The translations under genes and the position numbers were made by a program. Shown here in pieces: positions 27,441 through 37,502 of a stretch of DNA of 64,000 bases. Below the pieces are notes generated by a model. It ran no database searches, was not told where the DNA came from, and worked only from the letters and a program-made list of their open reading frames with translations. Origin of the DNA: Candidatus Woesearchaeota archaeon (GTDB lineage: Archaea > Nanobdellota > Nanobdellia > Woesearchaeales > SKIA01). The stretch spans positions 1-64,000 of the forward strand of contig JBJKRI010000003.1 in the NCBI GenBank assembly GCA_046704725.1, written 5' to 3'. How positions within the stretch are numbered: position 1 is the first letter of the stretch; every line of letters starts with the position of its first letter.

Positions 27441-28226
27441 TCACGCTTTCTTCTTCAGGCCGGGGAACGCCAGTTCGAAGACTTGGGTGATCGCCGTCAC
27501 GAAGTACGGGGCGTCCACCCAGATGGCGACGTCGTAGTTCGGGTGCACCTCGTCGTCGGGCAGGAGCATGAAGACCATCTCCTTGCCGTCGGCGATGAGG
27601 AAGCGCGCGTCGACCTTGTCCGTCTCGTGGACCTGGACGTGCTCGGGCACGTCCTTCACGTGTCCGCTCACGATGGCCTTGATGGTCACGCCGCGCTTGG
27701 CCGCGTCCGCGAGCTCTTTGCGGAGCGCGTCGAGCTTGCGCGAGAGGCCGTCTGGCGTGGTCATGATGAGGATTTCTTTCTCGGCGCCCTTGATGAGGGC
27801 GCTGAACTGCTCGTACGCGGAGTGCCTGTTGCGCAGCGCGCCGCTCTTGTCGGCGGGCTCCACCATCTCCACTCCTTGTGTGTGCAGCGTGCTCAGCTCG
27901 TCGAGGATCTCGCTCCCCTTGAGCTCCTCCATCGTCTTGACTTGCGTCTCCGCGTCCTGGCGGATCTGCTTCTTGACCCGCTCGAGGACCTCCATCGGAG
28001 GCAGCGCGACGTACTTGATGGGCTTGCCGAGCTTCTGGACGATGAATCCTTTCTTCTCGAGGCTCTCAAGGACGTCGTAGGAGCGTGAGCGCGGAACGTT
28101 GGCGATGTCGGAGAGCTCGCCCGCCGTGCTGACCCCTCTGCTGAGCAGGGCGGTCCACAGCTTGGCTTCGTAGCTGTTGAGCCCGAGTTGGCCGAGCTTC
28201 TTGATGAAGTCCTTGGTAACGAGCAT
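27441..28226 (-). CDS. TrmB-family transcriptional regulator
   Basis: LGLNSYEAK...LL..G...A.ELS..A.VPRSR.YDVL.SLE.KG. Confidence 0.92.
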   Translation of the reverse strand: MLVTKDFIKKLGQLGLNSYEAKLWTALLSRGVSTAGELSDIANVPRSRSYDVLESLEKKGFIVQKLGKPIKYVALPPMEVLERVKKQIRQDAETQVKTMEELKGSEILDELSTLHTQGVEMVEPADKSGALRNRHSAYEQFSALIKGAEKEILIMTTPDGLSRKLDALRKELADAAKRGVTIKAIVSGHVKDVPEHVQVHETDKVDARFLIADGKEMVFMLLPDDEVHPNYDVAIWVDAPYFVTAITQVFELAFPGLKKKA

Positions 28227-28286
28227 GTTACAACCGGAGAAGGGCAACGAGTATATAAACCTTTTCGCCAAATAGAAGTGGTGACA

Positions 28287-29165
28287 TTATGGCATGCCGA
28301 CGCATGCCCCGTCCTGACAGGTTGTGGGGCAATTGTAGAGCACCGCCTCCACCTGTCCGTGCGGTCCGCACGAGAACTCGCGGAGCTGTCCATTAGGGAG
28401 GCACGCGTCCTGCGCGCCGCTCGAGAGCGTGCCGCGCACGCCATAATTGATGCCGCCGTCGGAATCGGTGCACGAACCGTGATCAGGGACAGGGACCTGC
28501 CGGCAGGTCGCGGACATCACGCGCATCTGCGAATTAGCGGGTGTGGGCGCTCCGGGCGCCCGCGAGGCGTACTGCCCGGCGAGGCGTATCTCCACTGCGC
28601 GCTTCTCCAGGATTGTCCCGTTCGGCGCGAGACGCACGTATTGCGCGCCGATGTTGCTGCAGTACAGGTAGTTGACATTCTCACCCATCGATGAGCCCCA
28701 ATGGCAGCTCATGCCGCCGCCGAGCTCGTACGCCGTGTAGCCTGTGTCCCACTTGGTGTTGACCAGCGCCGCCGAGGGCGGCTGGTACACGATGATGCTC
28801 GAGGGCACGACGGTGTTGAGGCACGGCGCCCATAAGGGGGTGCTGTTGTAGATGAATGGCGTGCTGTTCGCGGAGCCCGTCCTGCTCGTTGCCTGCACCA
28901 CGAGCTTGTGCACGCCTGGCGTGAGGTTGACGGGTATCGTCCGTGGCGTGTCGTTGCCTGCGAGGCCGTGGCCCGCCGGTTTCCCGTCCACGATGATCGT
29001 GTAATTGAGGATTCCTGCGTGCGGGTCCGTGAGCACGAAGGTGAGATTCATCCCGCCGATGATTGTCGCGCCGTCCTGCGGCGAGACGATCCTGCTCGTC
29101 GGCATCGTGTGCGGTGCGCAACCGGCGAGGATGAGCAATCCTAGGAATGCAGCGAGGTATCGCAT
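28287..29165 (-). CDS. lipoprotein with an Ig-like domain and a Cys-rich CTDSDGG repeat
   Basis: Lipobox LAGC, SP.DG..I Ig-like segment, CTDSDGGINY.V.G...D.C....L.E..C...C...C.DGAC. Confidence 0.8.
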   Translation of the reverse strand: MRYLAAFLGLLILAGCAPHTMPTSRIVSPQDGATIIGGMNLTFVLTDPHAGILNYTIIVDGKPAGHGLAGNDTPRTIPVNLTPGVHKLVVQATSRTGSANSTPFIYNSTPLWAPCLNTVVPSSIIVYQPPSAALVNTKWDTGYTAYELGGGMSCHWGSSMGENVNYLYCSNIGAQYVRLAPNGTILEKRAVEIRLAGQYASRAPGAPTPANSQMRVMSATCRQVPVPDHGSCTDSDGGINYGVRGTLSSGAQDACLPNGQLREFSCGPHGQVEAVLYNCPTTCQDGACVGMP

Positions 29166-29204
29166 GGTCGTGACTGCGATTGAGCGTATTTAAAGCTGTG
29201 CGCA

Positions 29205-29510
29205 TCCCCTTGATTTCGTGTGGAAACAGTCTCGTTGAGGAATGAGGCTTTCCTCGTGCGCTTGATGTGGTGTTGGAATGATTTTGCATCTGCGCTCTTT
29301 TCATATATACAATACATTTCTATATAGAAAGAGAAGAGAGAGAAGAGGAACAAGAATCATTCCATGACTCGCACTGGACATTGACCGGATGACCCTTTAA
29401 ACACGGAAAAACACCCCGTGGTTCGCGTGCAGGCAATCTCCATAGGAAATGAAGGGGTCCCATCCCCACTCCAACACATAGGACGCAACACAGTGTTCCA
29501 CCGGCAACAG
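29205..29510. other. probable chromosomal replication origin (oriC)
   Basis: ORBs at 29205-29224 (minus strand, TCCACACGAAATCAAGGGGA) and 29439-29458 (plus strand, TCCATAGGAAATGAAGGGGT) flank an AT/purine-rich tract at about 29295-29360, directly upstream of cdc6. Confidence 0.85.
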
Positions 29511-29570
29511 AGCTTATATACCTCCGTTTCGGATGCAAAATGGGAGCGTCGAGAGGCGCTCAGGGGGTGT

Positions 29571-30776
29571 ATGTTGTCAGAGACCAAACTCATCGGACTT
29601 TTCGAGAAGTTCCTGAAAAAAGAATCCATCTTCGAAGACAAGCGCGTGCTGCAGAGCCACTACGTACCGGAAGAGCTCGAGCATCGTGACGACCAGATCA
29701 AGCAGATCGCGTCCATGCTCGCTCCTGCCTTGCGGCAGGACCGGCCGAGCAACCTGTTCGTCTACGGCAAGACGGGCACGGGCAAGACCGTCGTCACCAA
29801 GTACGTCAGCCAGAATCTCATGGAGGTCGCGCGCACGCAAGGCATACCGCTGCGCATCATCTACCTCAACTGCAAGCTCAAGCGCGTCGCCGACACCGAG
29901 TACCGGCTCATCGCAGAGCTCACCCGATCATTGGGACGCCAGATTCCCGCGACAGGATTGCCGACCGACGAGGTCTACGCCAACTTCTACGAGATGGTCG
30001 AGAAGCAGGCGTGCGTGCTCATCCTCGTCCTCGACGAGATAGACCAGCTCGTCAACAAGGCGGGCGACGACATCATCTACAACCTGACGCGCATCAACAG
30101 CGACCTCAAGCACAGCCAGATCAGCATCGTGGGCATCAGCAACGACCTTGTCTTCGCGGACACGCTCGATCCGCGCGTCAAGAGCTCGTTGTCCGAGGAG
30201 GAACTGGTCTTCCCGCCCTACAACGCGCTGCAGATACAGACGATTCTCAAGCACCGCGCCGAGAACGCCTTCAAGGACGACATCCTCGCGCCAGGAGTCC
30301 TCGCCAAGTGCGCGGCCTACGCCGCGAGAGAGCACGGCGATGCGCGCCGCGCATTGGAATTGCTCCGCGTCTCCGCTGAGCTCGCCGAGCGCGACGGCGT
30401 CGAGCGCGTCGGCCTGCGTCACGTGGACCTCGCCGAGGAGAAGATCGAGAAGGACCGCATCGTCGAGATCGTGCGCACCCAGCCAAAGCAGTTCCAGGCC
30501 TGCCTCTACAGCATCTTCTCGCTGGGTGACAGCAAGAAGGTCTTCACGGGCGACGCCTATGAGGTGTATCGAGCCTTGTGCAAGCAGATCAACCTGCGGC
30601 CCTTGACGCAACGACGCTTCAGCGACATCGTCGGAGAGCTCGACATGCTGGGCGTCATCAACGCCAAGGTCATCAGCAAGGGCCGTTACGGGCGCACGCG
30701 CGAGATCAGCCTCTCGCTCTCCAAGACGCTACAGCCGAAAGTGCTGGACATCCTCAAGGAAGACCTCTCGCTATGA
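29571..30776 (+). CDS. cdc6: Orc1/Cdc6 replication initiator
   Basis: YGKTGTGKT, LDEID.L, LDPRVKSSL, FPPY, HGDARRA, SKGRYGRTR. Confidence 0.97.
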   Translation: MLSETKLIGLFEKFLKKESIFEDKRVLQSHYVPEELEHRDDQIKQIASMLAPALRQDRPSNLFVYGKTGTGKTVVTKYVSQNLMEVARTQGIPLRIIYLNCKLKRVADTEYRLIAELTRSLGRQIPATGLPTDEVYANFYEMVEKQACVLILVLDEIDQLVNKAGDDIIYNLTRINSDLKHSQISIVGISNDLVFADTLDPRVKSSLSEEELVFPPYNALQIQTILKHRAENAFKDDILAPGVLAKCAAYAAREHGDARRALELLRVSAELAERDGVERVGLRHVDLAEEKIEKDRIVEIVRTQPKQFQACLYSIFSLGDSKKVFTGDAYEVYRALCKQINLRPLTQRRFSDIVGELDMLGVINAKVISKGRYGRTREISLSLSKTLQPKVLDILKEDLSL

Positions 30777-32185
30777 ACATCGTCGAACGGTTGCTGGAAC
30801 GCGATATCCTGGTCGACCCTGAGCGGTTCAAGACCCTCTCGGAGCAGCAGGTCAAGCAGCTCGACCACGCCTTGGACGGCATGAGCGACGAGCAGGTCGA
30901 GGAGTTCTTGTCCCGCGGCTCTGTCGAGATACTCTGGAGCTATACCAAGCGGCCGTCCAAGCGTACCTACCAGGATTTCGTCGGCCACTTCAACCGTCGG
31001 CTCGAGCAGATAGGCGCGCTGCTGCGTCAGCGGCAGGAGCTCGCCAGCCCGACGAGCATCGCGCGCATCAAGGAGAACGACCGTGTCGCGGCCATCGGCA
31101 TCGTCTGGGAGAAGCGCGAGACCAAGAACGGCCACATCATCCTCGAGCTCGAGGACCAGACCGGAAAGACCAACGTATTGCTCAGCAAGAACCGTCCCGA
31201 GCTCCTGGAGCTCGGACAAGACATCATGCTCGACGAGGTCATCGGCGTCACCGGGAAAGCCGGCGACGGCATCATCTTCGCCGACGCGATCATCCATCCG
31301 GACATCCCCGTCAGCCACGAGCTCAAGAAGGCGCCCGACGAGTCGTACGCCATCTTCATCAGCGACCTGCACTTCGGTGGCAAGAATTTCTTCTATGACG
31401 GTTGGGAGCGTTTCATCCGCTGGCTCAACGGCGAGGTCGGCGGCAAGCAGCACGCGCACATCTCCAAGCGCGTCAAGTACCTGTTCATCATCGGCGACCT
31501 CATCGAGGGCGTCGGCATCTATCCCGGTCAGGAGAACGACCTGAAGATATCGGACGTCAAGGAGCAGTACGTGGAGTTCTCCAAGCACATCGCGCAGATC
31601 CCGCAGCGCATCCAGATCGTCATGTGTCCGGGCAACCACGACGCCGGCCGCTTGGCGGAGCCGCAGTACGACCTCTACCAGGATTTCACGGCCGACATGC
31701 TCGACCTTCCCAACGTCCACCTGGTCAGCAACCCGAGCGTGGTGCGCATCCACCGTTCGAAGGATTTCGGCGGTTTCGACGTATTGCTCTATCATGGTTA
31801 TTCCTTCATCTACTACGGCAACAACGTGCCGAGCATCTTCAACGAGGGCGCGGTCAACCGGCCGGACCTCATCATGCGCTACCTGTTGCAGCGAAGGCAC
31901 CTCGCGCCCACGCACACCAGCAACCTCTACATCCCCGACCCCGTCGCGGACCCGCTCGTCATCAGCGACGTGCCCGACTTCTTCGTGACGGGTCACACCC
32001 ACCACGCCGTGCAGGACACCTATCGCGGCGTCACCTTGCTGAACTGCTCGTGCTGGGTGCCGATTACCGACAACCAGCGCAACTACGGCCTGACGCCCGA
32101 CCCGGGAAAGGTCCCTATCGTGAATCTCAAGACGCGGCAGGTACGCCTGCTGCCTTTCGTCAAGACGGAGGAAGACGATGCCTGA
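30773..32185 (+). CDS. polB: DNA polymerase D small subunit DP1
   Basis: OB fold, SDLH.G, GDLIEGVGIYP.Q, PGNHD, YHG, RRHLAP, GH.H. Confidence 0.95.
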   Translation: MNIVERLLERDILVDPERFKTLSEQQVKQLDHALDGMSDEQVEEFLSRGSVEILWSYTKRPSKRTYQDFVGHFNRRLEQIGALLRQRQELASPTSIARIKENDRVAAIGIVWEKRETKNGHIILELEDQTGKTNVLLSKNRPELLELGQDIMLDEVIGVTGKAGDGIIFADAIIHPDIPVSHELKKAPDESYAIFISDLHFGGKNFFYDGWERFIRWLNGEVGGKQHAHISKRVKYLFIIGDLIEGVGIYPGQENDLKISDVKEQYVEFSKHIAQIPQRIQIVMCPGNHDAGRLAEPQYDLYQDFTADMLDLPNVHLVSNPSVVRIHRSKDFGGFDVLLYHGYSFIYYGNNVPSIFNEGAVNRPDLIMRYLLQRRHLAPTHTSNLYIPDPVADPLVISDVPDFFVTGHTHHAVQDTYRGVTLLNCSCWVPITDNQRNYGLTPDPGKVPIVNLKTRQVRLLPFVKTEEDDA

Positions 32186-35100
32186 ATACGCCGAGGGAAA
32201 GCTGCCCGACGATCTCATCACGTATTTCGAATCGCTCAACACCGAGACGGACCGCGCCTTCGCCATCGCGAAAGCGGCGCGCGCCAAGGGCTACGACCCG
32301 GCCGTGGAGCCGGAGATCCAGATCGCCAAGAACATGGCCGAGCGCGTCGTCGGTCTCGTCTCTGTCGCGGCGCCGCAGATCGTCGGTTCGGGAGTGGTCG
32401 AGCGTATCCAAGATCTCGAGCGCCAGTACGGCATCCTCGACTGGCGCGTCGCCTTCACCATCGCCTTGGAGGTGGGCCAGCAGAAATACTGCAGTTTCAA
32501 GGACGAGCGTGAGGCCATGGAGGTCGGCATCCGCGTCGGTTTCGCCTACGTGACCAACGGCGTGGTCTCCAGCCCCTTGGAGGGTTTCGTCAATCTCGAG
32601 TTCGGAAAGCGCATGGACGACGGCAAGGAGTACTTCCGCATCAAGTACGCTGGGCCCGTGCGCAACGCCGGCGGCACCGCGGCGGCTGTCAGCGTGCTCA
32701 TCGCCGATTACGTGCGAAAGCACATGGGCTACGCCGAGTACGATCCGCAGCCCGACGAGGTGCAGCGCTGTATCACCGAGCTGGGCAACTATCACGAGCG
32801 CATCGCCAACCTCCAGTACTATCCGTCGGACGCGGAGGTGGATTTCCTTGTCTCGCACATGCCCATCGAGGTCGCCGGCGACCCGACAGAGAAGATCGAG
32901 GTCTCCAACCACAAGAACCTGCCGCGCATCCCCACCAACAAGCTGCGCTCGGGCTATTGCCTCATCTACTCCTCGTGCATCCCCCTCAAGGGTCCCAAGC
33001 TCTGGAAGCGCCTCGCCAAGTGGGGAAAGGATATGGGCATGGAGCAGTGGGACTTCCTCGAGGAGTTCTTGGAGGTGCAGCACCGCGAGAAGGCCAAGGC
33101 CAAGAGCACGGACAAGGAGGAGGAGACCGTCGGCGTCGCGCCCGTCTACACCTACATCAAGGACCTCGTCGCTGGAAGGCCGGTCTTCGGCCATCCCTTG
33201 CGTCCAGGCGCCTTCCGCCTGCGTTACGGACGCAACCGTTTGTCCGGCCTGTCCGGGCAATCATTACATCCCGCGTCGAGCATCATCCTCAACGAGTTCA
33301 TCGCGACGGGAAGCCAGCTCAAGGTCGAGCGCCCCGGCAAGGCCGCGGCCTTCACCATGTGCGACGAGATCGACGGTCCCATCGTCCGATTGCAGAACGG
33401 TGATGTGCTGCGCGTGCAGACCGCCGAGCAGGCGCGCCGGCTCTCGCCCGACGTGGAGAAGATATTGTTCTCCGGCGACGTCCTCATCTGTTACGGCGAC
33501 TTCCTGGACCGCGCGCATCCCTTGGTGCCCGCCGGTTATGTCGAGGAGTGGTGGGTGCAGGAGCTCGAGAAGGCGGGTTGCGCTGTCCCCGAGGAATTAT
33601 TGGCCGAGCCGTACAAGACAGCGATCTCTTTCGAGGAGGCCATGCGCTACAGCAAGGAGCATGGCGTTCCCTTGCATCCGCGATTCACCTATTACTATTC
33701 CGTCGCTTCTGTTCCGCAGTTGCGCACCCTTTGGGAGGCCATCCGTAAGGCGCCGCACAAGGACAATCTCATCCTCAAGAACCGTCCCGAGGTCAAGGAG
33801 GCGCTCGAGGCGATCGGCGCGCCGCACCGCGTCGTGCAAGAGGAGTATCTCGTCCTGACCGGCGATGACGCGAAAGCGCTGCGCACGTGCCTCTCGCGCG
33901 AGATGCCCGAGGACTGCTCGGACCCGATGGAGTTCATGCAGGCGGTCAGTCCCGTCTTCGTGCGCGACAAGGCCGGCACCTTCATCGGCACGCGTCTCGG
34001 ACGCCCGGAGAAGGCGAAGATGCGCAAATTGCGTGGCAGCCCGCACACCTTGTTCCCCATCGGCGAGGAGGGCGGTCGCTTGCGCAGCGTGAACGCCGCC
34101 CTCGAGGTCGGTCACGTCAACAGCAGCTTCGAGATCTACTATTGCCCGTCGTGCAAGGAGGAGCGCGTGACCCGTCGCTGCCCGGTCTGCGACGGATTGT
34201 GCGAGGAGCGCTACTACTGCCGCCAGTGCGGCACGACCGAGCGCGCGGAGTGCGACCGCGGAAAGCACAGTCGCGCGAAGGAGATGTCCGTCCCTATCGG
34301 CGAGTACATGGATTTCTGCATGCGGCGCATGGACACCAAGGTCATGCCCGACCTCATCAAGGGCGTTCGCGGCACCGCGAACGAGGACCACGCGGTCGAG
34401 CACTTGCTCAAGGGTTTCTTGCGCGCGAGAAACGACGTGTATGTCAACAAGGACGGCACGGTGCGCTACGACGCTTCCGAGGTGCCGGTCACGCATTTCC
34501 GTTGCGACGAGATCGGCATCGACGTCGCCACGGTCAAGCGCTTGGGCTATATCCACGACATCCACGGCGAGCCCATCGAGCGCGAGAGCCAGGTCATCGA
34601 ATTGTTCCCGCAGGACGTCATCTTGCCCGCGTGCGACGAGGCTCCCGATGAGAAGAGCGACGACGTGTTGTTCAAGACCTCGCGTTTCATCGACGAATTG
34701 TTGGTGCATCTCTACGGCGAGAAGTCTTTCTACAACGCCAAGAGCCCGAAGGATCTCGTCGGTCATTTGGTGTTGGCCTTGGCGCCGCACACGAGCGCTG
34801 CTACTGTGGGGCGCATCATCGGGTTTTCTAAGACGCAAGGACTCTTCTTCCATCCCTACCTGCACTCCGCCACCAGGCGTGACTGCGACGGCGACGAGGG
34901 CTGCGTCTTCTTGGTGCTTGACGCTTTCCTGAACTTCTCCCGTCGCTACCTCCCCTCGTCCCGCGGCGGAACGATGGACGCTCCGTTGGTACTGACGACG
35001 GTATTGGCTCCTGCCGAAGTCGATGACATGGTATTGAACATGGATATCGCCTGGCGCTATCCGCTGGAATTGTACGAGGGGGCGCAGGAGTTCAAGATGC

Positions 35101-35630
35101 CTTGGGACGTGAAGATCCCTGTCATCGGCAAGACGCTCGGCACGCCCAAGGAGTTCTACGGCATGGGCTTCACCCACGGCACGGCGAGCATCAACGCGGG
35201 CAACCGCGTGAGCGTCTACAAGACCTTGCCGTCCATGCAGGAGAAGCTCGAGTCACAGATGGACCTCGCCAAGAAGCTCGTCGCCGTCGACGAGCGCGAC
35301 GTCGCGCGCTTGGTCATCGAGAAGCACTTCATCCGCGACCTCAAGGGGAATCTTCGCAAGTTCTCCCAGCAGGTCTTCCGCTGCGTCAAGTGCAACGAGA
35401 AGTATCGCCGCCCGCCCCTGCGCGGCTCGTGCACGTGCGGCGGGCGCATCATCTTCACGATCAGCGAGGGCTCTGTGGTGAAGTATCTGACCCCCGCCGA
35501 GTCGCTCGTGCAGACCTACGACCTCGACCCCTACCTCGCGCAGTCGATCGACCTTACGCGCCGGCGCGTCGAGGAGGTCTTCGGCAAGGATCCCGAGAAG
35601 CAGCTCGGATTGGGTGCGTGGTTCGGATGA
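32178..35630 (+). CDS. polC: DNA polymerase D large subunit DP2
   Basis: RLRYGR, GTRLGRPEKAK, DGTVRYD, LAPHTS, RRDCDGDE, GGTMDAPL, FRC.KC; no intein seen. Confidence 0.97.
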   Translation: MPEYAEGKLPDDLITYFESLNTETDRAFAIAKAARAKGYDPAVEPEIQIAKNMAERVVGLVSVAAPQIVGSGVVERIQDLERQYGILDWRVAFTIALEVGQQKYCSFKDEREAMEVGIRVGFAYVTNGVVSSPLEGFVNLEFGKRMDDGKEYFRIKYAGPVRNAGGTAAAVSVLIADYVRKHMGYAEYDPQPDEVQRCITELGNYHERIANLQYYPSDAEVDFLVSHMPIEVAGDPTEKIEVSNHKNLPRIPTNKLRSGYCLIYSSCIPLKGPKLWKRLAKWGKDMGMEQWDFLEEFLEVQHREKAKAKSTDKEEETVGVAPVYTYIKDLVAGRPVFGHPLRPGAFRLRYGRNRLSGLSGQSLHPASSIILNEFIATGSQLKVERPGKAAAFTMCDEIDGPIVRLQNGDVLRVQTAEQARRLSPDVEKILFSGDVLICYGDFLDRAHPLVPAGYVEEWWVQELEKAGCAVPEELLAEPYKTAISFEEAMRYSKEHGVPLHPRFTYYYSVASVPQLRTLWEAIRKAPHKDNLILKNRPEVKEALEAIGAPHRVVQEEYLVLTGDDAKALRTCLSREMPEDCSDPMEFMQAVSPVFVRDKAGTFIGTRLGRPEKAKMRKLRGSPHTLFPIGEEGGRLRSVNAALEVGHVNSSFEIYYCPSCKEERVTRRCPVCDGLCEERYYCRQCGTTERAECDRGKHSRAKEMSVPIGEYMDFCMRRMDTKVMPDLIKGVRGTANEDHAVEHLLKGFLRARNDVYVNKDGTVRYDASEVPVTHFRCDEIGIDVATVKRLGYIHDIHGEPIERESQVIELFPQDVILPACDEAPDEKSDDVLFKTSRFIDELLVHLYGEKSFYNAKSPKDLVGHLVLALAPHTSAATVGRIIGFSKTQGLFFHPYLHSATRRDCDGDEGCVFLVLDAFLNFSRRYLPSSRGGTMDAPLVLTTVLAPAEVDDMVLNMDIAWRYPLELYEGAQEFKMPWDVKIPVIGKTLGTPKEFYGMGFTHGTASINAGNRVSVYKTLPSMQEKLESQMDLAKKLVAVDERDVARLVIEKHFIRDLKGNLRKFSQQVFRCVKCNEKYRRPPLRGSCTCGGRIIFTISEGSVVKYLTPAESLVQTYDLDPYLAQSIDLTRRRVEEVFGKDPEKQLGLGAWFG

Positions 35631-35989
35631 CTAGCGCCTCCTCAGCGAAGCGCTTGAAGAAATTCCAGCGAAGATGGGCAAAGAAATGTGCCGAGATTAA
35701 GACGCAAAGCTTTAGTGCTGAGCAAGCGGGCAGTATCTACAATGATTTTCACTCAGAGATGGTTGATATTCTATTTTTGGAGCGTAATCGACAGTGGAGG
35801 GATGATATCAAAATAGTGTCTACCGATGTACATCATGCTCTGGAGGTGGCGAGGTATAACTATGAGCACCAACGAAAGAATATCTTTGATCGGATATTTG
35901 GCGGAATACGTAATCTGTTCGTTGGTAAGAACACTGTGCAGGTCCCAGGAGCTACACCCAGCGATTCACACCAAATCCGTAAATCCTGA
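35627..35989 (+). CDS. hypothetical protein (AT-rich)
   Basis: ATGA overlap with the DP2 stop; 120 aa; low GC. Confidence 0.5.
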   Translation: MTSASSAKRLKKFQRRWAKKCAEIKTQSFSAEQAGSIYNDFHSEMVDILFLERNRQWRDDIKIVSTDVHHALEVARYNYEHQRKNIFDRIFGGIRNLFVGKNTVQVPGATPSDSHQIRKS

Positions 35990-36068
35990 TGTGGGTATTA
36001 TCTTGTGATTTCACCGTGGCTGCACTGCGACAATGCGCGAGTCGCGTGTTTTCTCATGGCGGTTCTGT

Positions 36069-36362
36069 CTATGGGAAGTCCTCGTACGGCGGCGTTCGCT
36101 TGCGCCCGACCGGTCCGCGTGTGGTCTTGTAATAATCGTATGCTTCTTGCACGACGGTCGGCGCTGTGCTGTTGAGCAGTGAACCGACGTTCCATTGGGT
36201 CATACCCTCGAACCGTTCTTGGATCCTGTAGAGGATCGCCGCTAGCTCTTCAGGTGGCACGACCATTTCTGCGTGCGACAAGCTGTCCTTATAGAGCTCG
36301 TCGAGTTGCTCCGTGAGTCGTTGCTGTGCCCTTTGCATGCCGCCCGGGTATTGCGCAAGCAT
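36069..36362 (-). CDS. hypothetical protein
   Basis: 97-aa ORF; no motif. Confidence 0.45.
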   Translation of the reverse strand: MLAQYPGGMQRAQQRLTEQLDELYKDSLSHAEMVVPPEELAAILYRIQERFEGMTQWNVGSLLNSTAPTVVQEAYDYYKTTRGPVGRKRTPPYEDFP

Positions 36363-36389
36363 ATATTCTTTCGCACGCTATCTTGTAGC

Positions 36390-36719
36390 ATGGAGGTATC
36401 AGAGGTCATCGATCAGGTCAAGGGCATACCTGCCATCGTCGAGGGAAAGCGCGATACCGCTTCCTTGCGCGAGCTTGGTTTCACAGACATCCACGAGCTC
36501 GACACGGCGCTCTTCCATATCGTCGAGCGTTTCGACAAGGGAGCGACCGTGCAGATCCTCACCGACCTCGACAAGAAGGGAAAACAGCTGTACCGTCGTC
36601 TCTATCACGAGTTCTCGCAGCGCGGCGTGCGTGTGGACAATCGCTTGCGCGAGGCGCTGTTCAACACGGACCTCTCTCACATCGAGGGCCTCGCCGGCTG
36701 GCTCGACAATCACGCATAA
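36390..36719 (+). CDS. small TOPRIM-domain protein
   Basis: IVEGKRD..SL..LG, ILTDLD.KG, IEGL. Confidence 0.88.
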   Translation: MEVSEVIDQVKGIPAIVEGKRDTASLRELGFTDIHELDTALFHIVERFDKGATVQILTDLDKKGKQLYRRLYHEFSQRGVRVDNRLREALFNTDLSHIEGLAGWLDNHA

Positions 36720-36751
36720 GGCTTATATGCGTCCGTCCGCCTCGATTCCGC

Positions 36752-37000
36752 ATGCGTTTCGACGATTCGGCTTCCATCGAGGGTTTGGCGGTGCTCGGTC
36801 CTTGGCGGGCTGGCTCTGTGCGCGCCGATCTGCGCGTGCATCGTCTTCTCGGGGAAAAGCACCCCGCGCAGGAGCGTCTCGACCGACGGTATGCTGGTGA
36901 TTCCAGATACGTCGCCGGTCAGTTCGCGGCGCACACGTATCAGTTCGCTGCTTTGCTTGTCCCTATCGCTCCGCTCTTCTACGAGTTGCTCAAGCGCTAG
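36752..37000 (+). CDS. hypothetical protein
   Basis: 82-aa ORF preceded by CTTATA about 25 nt upstream. Confidence 0.4.
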   Translation: MRFDDSASIEGLAVLGPWRAGSVRADLRVHRLLGEKHPAQERLDRRYAGDSRYVAGQFAAHTYQFAALLVPIAPLFYELLKR

Positions 37001-37407
37001 ATCGCTTTCTTGAGGGCGTGCTTGGCGCCGCAGGCCTGGCATTTCAGGAACAGCGCCTGCCCGATCTTCTCGATCTTCGTGTCTGGTTTTCCGCAGTCGC
37101 TGCACAGCACGTACGCTTGCGCGTACTCGGCGATCTTGTCGTTGATGCGCGATGCCGACAGCTTGCTGTTGAAGATGGCGTACTGGTCCTTCTTGATGAC
37201 GCCTTTGGCTGCGAGCTCTTTCGAGAGGAACTTGAGGACGTGGCGCATGGGCCTGTTCAGGTCGTCCGCGATCTGCGCGAAGTTGCTGATGATGGTCGCG
37301 TTGCCCTGGATGTGCCCTTTGACGCGCGGCAGCTCGAAGCGTTCGCTCCCTTCGGCTATCTCGGGGAGCTGTTCTTTCGCTCGCTTGAGCATCTCCGCGT
37401 ATTCCAT
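36997..37407 (-). CDS. eif2b: translation initiation factor aIF-2 beta
   Basis: ERFELP, T.I.NF, KEL, YV.C..C.KPDT, C.ACGA. Confidence 0.95.
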   Translation of the reverse strand: MEYAEMLKRAKEQLPEIAEGSERFELPRVKGHIQGNATIISNFAQIADDLNRPMRHVLKFLSKELAAKGVIKKDQYAIFNSKLSASRINDKIAEYAQAYVLCSDCGKPDTKIEKIGQALFLKCQACGAKHALKKAI

Positions 37408-37502
37408 CGTCTGCGAGAATGGCACGCGTTTCTTAAAGGTGTGGGTAGATTATTTCTATATGGAAGGAGAGGATTAAGTAGGAGTCTTTATTCCCTCAGG
37501 TC

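Noticed and set aside
13057-35630. Inteins in MCM, Cdc6 or DP2
   Set aside because: Lengths are ordinary, conserved motifs are contiguous, and no intein splice-junction motifs were seen.
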